Below are positions 1 through 8,100 of a DNA stretch of 50,393 nt, piece after piece. This stretch comes from an uncultured Pirellulaceae bacterium (GTDB taxonomy: Bacteria > Planctomycetota > Planctomycetia > Pirellulales > Pirellulaceae): assembly GCA_964652675.1 (NCBI GenBank), contig CAZZDZ010000005.1, positions 1 to 50,393 on the forward strand, given 5' to 3'. The position numbers and the translations under genes were made by a program. The notes below the pieces were generated by a model. That model saw nothing but the letters and a program-made list of their open reading frames with translations. It ran no database searches and was not told the DNA's origin. Numbering within the stretch: the stretch's first letter is position 1; the number at the start of each line of letters is the position of its first letter.

Positions 1-96
1 GTTCGGCCACAATAAATCGACAAGTCGTCAAGACTTTCGGTTCTATGCGTCTTTGCCGAAAGTCTCCACGACTTCCGCTACGTTTTTTCAAGCAAG

Positions 97-345
97 TTAC
101 TTGCTTGCTTGGACAGCAGCGACGACTTCGTTGGTCTCTGGCCACCGCTTGCGAAAGAGCATGGCCAGCAAGCCGCCTTTTCGTGAAACGACTGTCTTGC
201 CATCGACGACCACATCGAATTGGCCTCGACTGCCTGTTTCGATCTTAACGTCGATTCCGATCGCGTCCTCAATGGCGGTAGCGTAACTCGCTACTCGTGG
301 TCGATACGCCTGTCATGTAGGGCAATGGATGATGGTTACTTGCAT
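97..345 (-). CDS. Rdx-family (SelW/SelT/SelH-like) selenoprotein, 82 aa, Sec encoded by in-frame UGA at 315..313
   Basis: Manual translation gives MQVTIIHCPT-U-QAYRPRVASYATAIEDAIGIDVKIETGSRGQFDVVVDGKTVVSRKGG...WPETNEVVAAVQASK*. It has CxxU after the first beta-strand, the Rdx signature GxFxVxVDG and a C-terminal WP. GAGGGG RBS upstream; starts 25 nt after the hemA stop. Absent from the ORF track because of the TGA. Confidence 0.88.
274..310 (-). promoter_or_regulatory. Putative bacterial SECIS element directly 3' of the UGA
   Basis: The mRNA after UGA reads CA-GGCG-UAUCGACCACGA-GUAGCG-AGUUA-CGCUAC-CGCC. This gives a perfect 6-bp upper stem, a 5-nt loop with G at position 2 followed by U, the loop 24 nt from the UGA, and a possible GGCG/CGCC lower stem. 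It fits the bacterial SECIS consensus. Confidence 0.7.
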
Positions 346-370
346 CGTTTTGCGTTCCCCTCGTTATTGG

Positions 371-1654
371 TTAAGAATCGTCACCTAGTTTGAAGAGATA
401 CCGCAGGGCTTCCAAGAGTCCTCGCTCGTGGCCTTCGGCTGCGTCGTCTCGCAGTGATGCCAGTGGCGGATGCAGTAGCTTGTTGATCAATCGATCAAAA
501 GACTTTTCGATCTCTTTTGCAACGGATTCGTCAACGTTGTTGTTTTGTAGCTTGCTGGTCAGTCGTGCCAACTCTTCTTGCTTTAATTCGTGTGCTTGTT
601 CGCGTAGGCGACGAACGACGGGACCGGTTGCCCGATGGTTCATATCTTGCATGAACCGCTGTGTTTCTTCTTCGATGATCGCCAGCGCCTTGGGCCATTC
701 CTTTTCACGTTCGCGACGATTGCGTTCGCATGCGCTTTGCAAGTCATCGATGTGATACAGATAGACACTGGTCATATCACCAATTGCGGCTTCAAAATCG
801 CGTGGCACGGCCAAGTCTAAGATCAGCATCAAGCGGTTTTGACGCTGAGTATGTAGCGGTTCAAAATCTGCGGCGGTCAAAATCGGCTCGGTCGCTGATG
901 TTGTACCAATCAACAAATCGGCTTGTACAACCAACTTGTGCAGATCGCTCCAACTGCCGCTTTGAACGCCGAATTCGCTTGCCAACGCGTCAGCCCGTTC
1001 ACGGGAGCGGTTCACGACACAAATCTGCTTTGCGTTAGCCTGTTTCAGATATCGAAGTGTTTCTTCGCCCATCTCGCCAGCGCCACAGATCACGACCTTT
1101 TTGTCTGACAACGAATCGAAGACTTCCGGAACGACTTCGCCAATTGCAACGCTTGGGATACTAACGCGCCGACGATGGATAGCGGTATCGGTTTGGACGC
1201 GTTTGGCGGCCCGGTTGGCAGCTTGAAAAACCGTGTGGGTTGCGGCGCCGGCGGATCCCGATTCGCAGGCCTTGTCGTATGCCTGTTTGACTTGCGACAA
1301 GATCTGCGATTCGCCCAGCACCATCGAATCCAAACTGGCGGCCACCGTAAAGAGGTGTTTGACGGCATCGCTGCCACTGCGAAAAATCATCTGGTCGACG
1401 ACTTCTGCAGGTGTCAGTTCGTGTTGCTCCGCCAGAAACGCAGCCACGCTGTCACGATCCAAATCTTGGTCACCACTGGTCGATGTATAAAGTTCGACGC
1501 GATTACAAGTGCTCAACAGCACCAGTTCGCTGGCGGGAAACCGCTTGCGAAACGCACTGAGCGTTTGGTCGATTTGGTCAGCGGAAAACGAAATGCGTTC
1601 CCGGAATTCAACGGCCGCATCTTGATGGCTGCAACCAATCATTTGCAGCTTCAT
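371..1654 (-). CDS. hemA: Glutamyl-tRNA reductase
   Basis: LSTCNRVELY catalytic Cys motif, SLDSMVLGESQILSQVK, GAGEMG Rossmann motif, DLAVPRD. Confidence 0.97.
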   Translation of the reverse strand: MKLQMIGCSHQDAAVEFRERISFSADQIDQTLSAFRKRFPASELVLLSTCNRVELYTSTSGDQDLDRDSVAAFLAEQHELTPAEVVDQMIFRSGSDAVKHLFTVAASLDSMVLGESQILSQVKQAYDKACESGSAGAATHTVFQAANRAAKRVQTDTAIHRRRVSIPSVAIGEVVPEVFDSLSDKKVVICGAGEMGEETLRYLKQANAKQICVVNRSRERADALASEFGVQSGSWSDLHKLVVQADLLIGTTSATEPILTAADFEPLHTQRQNRLMLILDLAVPRDFEAAIGDMTSVYLYHIDDLQSACERNRREREKEWPKALAIIEEETQRFMQDMNHRATGPVVRRLREQAHELKQEELARLTSKLQNNNVDESVAKEIEKSFDRLINKLLHPPLASLRDDAAEGHERGLLEALRYLFKLGDDS

Positions 1655-2592
1655 TGGTTGGACTCCCAGTCTTTGTCCATACCAAGTGGTTCATCAGATG
1701 CAAACAAGTGGGCGACGACTGCGGATTTCGTTTGATCGATCCAGACGCTGACGTCTTTGGTCGTTTGCCCATGGGATCCTCGTAAGACACTGAACATTGC
1801 CAAGATCAAGAAACCGAGACTTGCCAAAGTCAAATACACGGCTTTGCGTCCTCGGCTGGCCGGGACGTATAAAAATTCGAGTGCCGTCGTTCCCAACAAC
1901 CAGAAAAACAACAGCAAACTAAATAGCACGCCCCCTTCGGTCCAACCGATTTGACCGCTTCGGTTCAGGTTCATCACCATTCCAGCGAGCACACCGACGG
2001 CGACGGCGATCGTGCTGGTCACCAAACATCGCCGGTTCATTCGGCCGAGTGTTTCCAAAGTTGGCAACCGTAACGCCGAGCCGGCTTTCTTTTGCTTTAG
2101 TCGCGACGACTGAACGAGGTACATGATGCCGGCTAGGAAACCAATCAGCACCGCACCGGCGCCGACCATCATTGCCATTCCGTGAACGGTTCCCCAAACA
2201 CCAACCGCTTCGGTCCGCGAAAATGGTTGCATGTCGCGAACATAGACACCTAACCCAATCGTGGCCAACACGGCTGGCAAAAAGAAAAAACTGATGATCG
2301 TATCGGGGCGGCGCAGATACAAAATCAAAAAACAGATCGCCAGTCCCAATGCCAGTAGGTGAGACCAATCTGACCAAGTCGCCAACAACCCCACATCCGC
2401 GTGTTCCCCACCATCAACAGCCCGTAGCGTCAAATAGCAAACGTGGGTAAACAGTCCGATCACCATCATCACGATCACCGCCAGCCCACGACCAGGAATG
2501 CGACCGAGCAAACGCAACAGTTCTAAAACCAGCACAACAAGGTAACTGGTAAAGAAGCAGGTGACGGAGATCTCGCGAAGGATTGCGAGCAT
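1651..2592 (-). CDS. CcsA/HemX-like cytochrome c assembly family membrane protein
   Basis: About 8 TM helices, conserved His residues (FTHV, TVHG, GSHG), LPTLETL motif, degenerate WWD region; ATGA overlap with hemA. Confidence 0.8.
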   Translation of the reverse strand: MLAILREISVTCFFTSYLVVLVLELLRLLGRIPGRGLAVIVMMVIGLFTHVCYLTLRAVDGGEHADVGLLATWSDWSHLLALGLAICFLILYLRRPDTIISFFFLPAVLATIGLGVYVRDMQPFSRTEAVGVWGTVHGMAMMVGAGAVLIGFLAGIMYLVQSSRLKQKKAGSALRLPTLETLGRMNRRCLVTSTIAVAVGVLAGMVMNLNRSGQIGWTEGGVLFSLLLFFWLLGTTALEFLYVPASRGRKAVYLTLASLGFLILAMFSVLRGSHGQTTKDVSVWIDQTKSAVVAHLFASDEPLGMDKDWESNQ

Positions 2593-3140
2593 GGCAGGAT
2601 TTCATGTGAGAAAGTGACGGCACAACCCTTCATAGTACACATTCGCCGATAAATGTCAGCGCGGTGACTAATGTGCTTTCAACGAAAATCCGCAATCTTC
2701 GTCGCGCAGACAGCCAACGGGCAGCCAGCACACCGCAAACGCGGCGCGAACCAATTGCTGATAGAACTCGTCTGTTTAGCCAGACGCCGGGATTGGGCTG
2801 TGATTTTACGAGCCAGTAGGCTGTGATTTTGTGAGCCGAAGCCCCGATTGCTAACGTGTACTGCCGATCCAGTAACCGGGTCACCCTAAACGGCGCAGGA
2901 TAACCGAGTGAACCTCGTTTGCACGCCAACGACACTTCGTCAATTTACCTGACAGCGCAAAATCGAACGCAGTTCCGGCACACAAAACGTTTACTTGTTA
3001 CGGCCACCACAAATCGGCTCAGAGTGCGAACGTTTCTTATCAACGATCTGAAATAGCGCAAGCTTCGCTACCTCTCTGGCCGTTACCCACTCTGGCAGCG
3101 AGAGAAGCTGTCACCCAACCAACCTTCATGGAGAGTAAAA

Positions 3141-3773
3141 ATGAGAAAAGACTTAGCAGACATTACACTGGTCGTTGATCGCAGCGGATCGATGCAAAGC
3201 ATTTACAACGACGCGCAAGGAGGCATCAACGCCTTCATCGCCCAACAGGCCGAACTGCCTGGCGAAGCGTTTATTTCGCTGGTGCAGTTTGACACGAAGT
3301 ATGAATTTGTCGCCAAAGGAATTCCGGCGAGCGAATTTCCCGAATACAAACTTGTACCGCGTGGTGGGACGGCGCTTTTGGACGCGGTCGGTCGCGCCAT
3401 CAATGAAACGGGGCAACGTTTGTCACGGATGAACGAACAGGATCGACCAGGATTGGTTGCGATCGTTGTGATGACCGATGGCGAAGAAAACTCCAGTCGC
3501 GAGTTTACCCGTGCGGAGATCAAAAACATGATCGAGCACCAACAAACGCAATACAATTGGCAGTTTACTTTCTTGGGAGCGGATCAAGACGCGTTTGCCG
3601 AAGCAGCCTCGATGGGCGTGGCCCGTGCTGGCGCAGCGAACTTTGCAAAACACAAAGTGATGACAGCCTATCAACACACTGGCAGCAAGTTCGCTCGCAT
3701 GCGTCAGTGTGCCAGTCGCGGCGAAACGATAGACAATGCCTACACGGAAGCCGAGTTGAACGACATGGAGTAG
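3141..3773 (+). CDS. Stand-alone von Willebrand factor A (vWA) domain protein
   Basis: MIDAS DRSGS, GGTALLDA, MTDGEENSS; GGAG RBS. Confidence 0.85.
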   Translation: MRKDLADITLVVDRSGSMQSIYNDAQGGINAFIAQQAELPGEAFISLVQFDTKYEFVAKGIPASEFPEYKLVPRGGTALLDAVGRAINETGQRLSRMNEQDRPGLVAIVVMTDGEENSSREFTRAEIKNMIEHQQTQYNWQFTFLGADQDAFAEAASMGVARAGAANFAKHKVMTAYQHTGSKFARMRQCASRGETIDNAYTEAELNDME

Positions 3774-3779
3774 ATCAAA

Positions 3780-6700
3780 CTACTTTTTCGAAAGCGATTG
3801 CAGGTAGTCGACGATGGAGGCAACATCATGAATGGTGAATTTGTCCACCAAGCCTTTTGGCATGATCGATGTCTTGAGAGTTTTACGCAGCTCAATAATA
3901 TCTTTTGAGATCGTAAACTCTTTCGCCTCCTTGTCGCGGACGATCACTTCGTTGGAAGACTCCTTGGTCACGAATCCGACAATCAGTTTGCCGTCATCGG
4001 TCAAGATGCTGGTTGTCGCGAAACCCTGTGCAATCGTTTTGCTGGGTTGCAAAATGGCTGCGGCCAAATCAGGACGTTTGTATGTCTGAGCAATGTTGCC
4101 CAAGTACGGACCTTTCTGGGCGACATCTTTGCTGACGGTGTGACAAGCAGTGCAATTGGCTTTGGCAAATAATCGTTCGCCAAGATCGCGGTTGCCTTTC
4201 GTCGAGACCACTTGGGCAACGGCCGTTTCGACGTCCAGGGTTTCGACCAATGGAGAATCTACTTTTTCCATCACCGTCAACTTCAGTCGTTTGATGGCCT
4301 CCGCTACGGCCATGGCAACTTTGGGGTCTTTATCATCGAGCGATGCAAGAATCTGTTCGTCAATCATGTGATTGCGAGTTTGCGTGGCCGCGTTGATCAG
4401 TCGCAGTTTTCGCTTTGAATCTTCCCATCCTTGTTCGATCGATTTTTGGCAAGCCGCTTTGGCTTCTGGACTGGAGTTTTTCTGTCCACCCAAGTGCAAG
4501 ATCGCAGCGTCCGCCCAGTAACTTTCGCTCGGGTTGTCGTTTGCGAGCGCACAGACGACCGCAATCTGGTTTCCCAGTAAACGCGACCGAAAGAACGCGT
4601 TCTTGCTGCTTTGAAGTTCTCGGTTCGCGCCGGTCAGTCCACTCAAACGATCAATCGCCGCCAAGATTGGCTTGATCACATCAGGCCGGTCGTAGCGAGA
4701 AAGGGCAGTGACCGCGTTGGCAAGAGTCTGCGCATCAGCGTTTTCGCTCGAAGTCACCGGAACCAACAATTTCAGTGCTTCGGTTGACGTATTGTTCGTC
4801 GCAGCGACCAGCGCAACGGCGTCGGGAATCATTGCTTGATTTTTCGCCGCCAACGAAATAATCCGGGTGGTTGTTTGGTCAAAATGAATTCGGTTGCGAT
4901 TCATTTCTTGGACAAGCATCGCGGCATCTTCTGCGTTTGCCTGATCCATTTCCGCTTTCAGCAGACTGGCGATCCGATCGGTTTCACTCCAAGGTTCTGG
5001 TTGGTAATAGGGACCACGCGTGTCCGGGCGTGTGCCCCACGATTGACCGCTCCACTTACCTTCGATGAAATGCAATCGACACAACGATCGTAGAATCCCA
5101 CGACGAAGTTCGGCGTTTTGATTTTTTTCGTAGCGATGGATCAACCCAGTGACGACTTCACTTTGGTGCATCATGGCTAGTGAGCGCAACAGCGCATCGC
5201 CGCTTGATTCATCCCGATCAAGTGCATCAAAGCAATCGGTCCAAGCGTTTCTGCTTGCGAGTGATCGGATGGCAACATGAACCACTACCGGGTCAGTATG
5301 CGAAAGCGCCTTAATGACTTCGGCATCACTGGCTTCGTTTTGTAAACGGTCAACCAAATTACGATCGGCGTGTCGGTTCTTTTTCGCGCGACTCAACAAT
5401 TGTTCCGAGGCTGGATTTCCGCGGCGAACCAATTCTCGTTGGGCCGCGACGCGCCTTCGGTAGCTTGGCGAATCGAATAGGGCGATTAATTCATCATCAG
5501 ATAAGGTGGCAAAATCGGGCAACGGGGTGGCATGGTATTCTTTTGGCCGTACGCATACGACAAAGCCAACGTTTGGACCCGCCCAAGAAAAACTGGCGCC
5601 GCGCCAACTTGCCGCGTACATTCGGCTCATACCGTCCACGTCCGCATCGGTTGCCCGTTCAATGGCAATGAACTTTTCGGGGGTTTGCGTTTCGACGAAA
5701 GTGGCGCCTTTTGGTTTTACTTGATGGTGGTAGATCGCGCCGCGGCCCCAGTCAGCCGTCATGGGAGCTCCGTTCCATTTTCCAAACCCGGGCTCGTCCA
5801 GATAGACCGCGCCACAGCCAGAGCCGCCGCCATAATCGGCTAACGGAGCGATGCATTCGTCGGCAAAGTTTTTGTATAACCGCGGATATCCATGATCTTC
5901 GCCACCGGTGAAGTGATGAAAGCGAACGTCCCAACCACCACCGTCATTGGTATTGTCTCGGGCAAAGATATCCATCTGCGGGCTGATCGCGACTTCCAAA
6001 ATGTTCCGTGTGCCGGTCGAGTAAATTTCTAAGCCTGATCCGTCGGGGCGAACGCGAATCACGCCGCCACCGCGATGCGTTAGTTTGCGACCGTCACTTC
6101 CTTCGGCATCCATGAACCCAAAATCGCCTCCGGCAATGTACAAGTAACCATCGACACCCAAACTGAGCCCGTTTGTCGTGTGGTCAGCAGGCCGTTTGTC
6201 ATAGCCGAACGCCAAATTTTTGACCAAGATCTTTTGTTCATCCGAAACACCATCGCCGTCTTTGTCGATGAAGACGCTGAGATGCGGAGGGTGCATCAAG
6301 TACAAACGATCGTGGTCCCAAACGAGCCCACGTGGCGAATCGATTTCGCAAAACACTTTCGTTTCGTCTGCTCGACCGTCGCCATCTTTGTCGCGCAATC
6401 GAATCACGCGACCGCGACTTGGATCGCGTCCTAGAGACCCGTTGCCATCGCTACTGACGTACAGAGTTCCATCGGGTGCGGCAGCGACGAAGACCGGGTA
6501 GTTTACCGCTGGAGGGGCAGCGAAAACGGTCGCAACGAATCCTTCGGGAACTTTGACTTTTTTCAAAATGTCCGCTTCCGCATTCGCTGAGTAGGGCGCG
6601 ATTTCTGGAGGCACGTTCCCGGACTTTTTGAACGGATCGCCTTGTACCGTTACCGGTTTAAATCCGTTGCCCGGCATGGCGGGCCAAAACGACTTGACGT

Positions 6701-7943
6701 CATCGGCTTCTATTCGAACTTCGCGAATACTGCACCAACCTTTGCCGCCCAAACCTGTGATGCGCATGTGCTTGATCGGTTTGGGATCGACAACGTTTTC
6801 GTCAAACGGATTGCCAACTTGGTTGTTCGTGTGATCCGAGAGTGTTGACCACGTTTTGCCATCGATCGATGATTCGACGACGTATTGATAAGCGTGTGAA
6901 AATTCCCAATTGATATTGAATTTTGTCACCGTGGTTGGCTTCTCGAACTCAAACGCTAGCCATTGGGGATAGCTGGAGTTGCTGGCGCACCATCGTGTAT
7001 TGGTGTCTGCGTCCATGGCGCTGGCGATTTCGTTACCGTTTTGAACGCTTGACGCTGTGATTTTTACAAGCGTTGCGTCGGCGGGCATCTTTTTTAACAT
7101 CGCTTCGGTTTTCTTCTTGGCCCGTTTGGCCAATTCCGCAGCCATTGCCTCGTTGAACCGAATTTTGTTTTTGCCTTCGAACGGCGTCAGGTATTCGTCG
7201 TTCAGCTTGTCGCAGGACCAGAGCAATCCACGAGTGATTAAATCCAGATACCGATCATCGGCAACGGTTTTGGTGTTATGTCCGATGGTGGTGGAAAAGC
7301 TGCGCGCACCTGATTTTTCGTTTGTCCAAGCCACGACTGCTTCGGCAGTTCGTGTCTTGTCGCCGCGTCGGATCAATTGCTTTCCAGTTGCCAGCGGATG
7401 CGCGTCGTACATTTTGGCGTTGTTGTAAAGTTCTTCTTTGATCGTCGTCCAGTTCTTCAAGCCCTGGGTGATGGGATGATCGGTATCGGTGAACTGAATT
7501 TCGATCGGCTCTTGCGGGCCATGGCTGGTGGACAACAACCCCAGGTGCCGCGCCCACGCGTCGGTGCCATTGCGAAAGCTGTGCATCGCGCAGTGCAAGT
7601 GAACCGCCGGGATCTTTTCATGGACCGCCAGGATCCTAGCGGTGACGGCGACGTCTTTGTTGCTGGCCGCGCATTCATCGTGAATGATCACATCGTAACC
7701 GCTAGCCCAAGTCGCTTTGTTGTAAAGCGGCAGAGGCGGATTGGTGCTTCCATCGCTGGTCCAGTACACGTCAACTTGGACATTCGCGCGGGCCTGGATG
7801 CCATCGGAGATCGCTTTGGTTTGGCCTTTGTAGTCATGGCAACAACCACCGGCGATCAAGAGCGCTTTGATCGGCTTGCCGGCCAACGTGACACTTGGGG
7901 TAAGTGATAGAAATGCACACAGCAAAAGAAAACGGTTGTTCAT
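3780..7943 (-). CDS. PVC-type heme-binding CxxCH protein (ThuA-like + F5/8 discoidin + beta-propeller dehydrogenase-like + HEAT + cytochrome c)
   Basis: Signal peptide; GGCCHDY/TIGH ThuA motifs; D-x-NTRW discoidin motif; DKDGDGRADE repeats; GTRN; C-terminal CTACH...GPYL...SIMPKGL. Confidence 0.88.
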   Translation of the reverse strand: MNNRFLLLCAFLSLTPSVTLAGKPIKALLIAGGCCHDYKGQTKAISDGIQARANVQVDVYWTSDGSTNPPLPLYNKATWASGYDVIIHDECAASNKDVAVTARILAVHEKIPAVHLHCAMHSFRNGTDAWARHLGLLSTSHGPQEPIEIQFTDTDHPITQGLKNWTTIKEELYNNAKMYDAHPLATGKQLIRRGDKTRTAEAVVAWTNEKSGARSFSTTIGHNTKTVADDRYLDLITRGLLWSCDKLNDEYLTPFEGKNKIRFNEAMAAELAKRAKKKTEAMLKKMPADATLVKITASSVQNGNEIASAMDADTNTRWCASNSSYPQWLAFEFEKPTTVTKFNINWEFSHAYQYVVESSIDGKTWSTLSDHTNNQVGNPFDENVVDPKPIKHMRITGLGGKGWCSIREVRIEADDVKSFWPAMPGNGFKPVTVQGDPFKKSGNVPPEIAPYSANAEADILKKVKVPEGFVATVFAAPPAVNYPVFVAAAPDGTLYVSSDGNGSLGRDPSRGRVIRLRDKDGDGRADETKVFCEIDSPRGLVWDHDRLYLMHPPHLSVFIDKDGDGVSDEQKILVKNLAFGYDKRPADHTTNGLSLGVDGYLYIAGGDFGFMDAEGSDGRKLTHRGGGVIRVRPDGSGLEIYSTGTRNILEVAISPQMDIFARDNTNDGGGWDVRFHHFTGGEDHGYPRLYKNFADECIAPLADYGGGSGCGAVYLDEPGFGKWNGAPMTADWGRGAIYHHQVKPKGATFVETQTPEKFIAIERATDADVDGMSRMYAASWRGASFSWAGPNVGFVVCVRPKEYHATPLPDFATLSDDELIALFDSPSYRRRVAAQRELVRRGNPASEQLLSRAKKNRHADRNLVDRLQNEASDAEVIKALSHTDPVVVHVAIRSLASRNAWTDCFDALDRDESSGDALLRSLAMMHQSEVVTGLIHRYEKNQNAELRRGILRSLCRLHFIEGKWSGQSWGTRPDTRGPYYQPEPWSETDRIASLLKAEMDQANAEDAAMLVQEMNRNRIHFDQTTTRIISLAAKNQAMIPDAVALVAATNNTSTEALKLLVPVTSSENADAQTLANAVTALSRYDRPDVIKPILAAIDRLSGLTGANRELQSSKNAFFRSRLLGNQIAVVCALANDNPSESYWADAAILHLGGQKNSSPEAKAACQKSIEQGWEDSKRKLRLINAATQTRNHMIDEQILASLDDKDPKVAMAVAEAIKRLKLTVMEKVDSPLVETLDVETAVAQVVSTKGNRDLGERLFAKANCTACHTVSKDVAQKGPYLGNIAQTYKRPDLAAAILQPSKTIAQGFATTSILTDDGKLIVGFVTKESSNEVIVRDKEAKEFTISKDIIELRKTLKTSIMPKGLVDKFTIHDVASIVDYLQSLSKK

Positions 7944-8100
7944 AACGAACCAAGGTGGGTGAGAAACGCTGGCGTGCGTAGCGGCCTTTCAATCAAGGTC
8001 AACTACGGTCTGCAGCACGTAGGTGGGAACAAACAGTCTGATTCGAGCAGCAAGCAGGGTCAATGGACGCCAGCAGGCACGGCCAAACGTGATTTGGTTT

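Noticed and set aside
45-286. Short ORFs 45..248, 53..286 and 78..272
   Set aside because: Shadows or alternative frames of the UGA-containing selenoprotein gene
2630-2935. 101-aa ORF in the ccsA-vWA intergenic region
   Set aside because: No recognisable motif or RBS; likely divergent promoter region
3061-3109. Imperfect hairpin AGCTTC...GAAGCT before the vWA gene
   Set aside because: No match to a riboswitch I recognise; weak evidence
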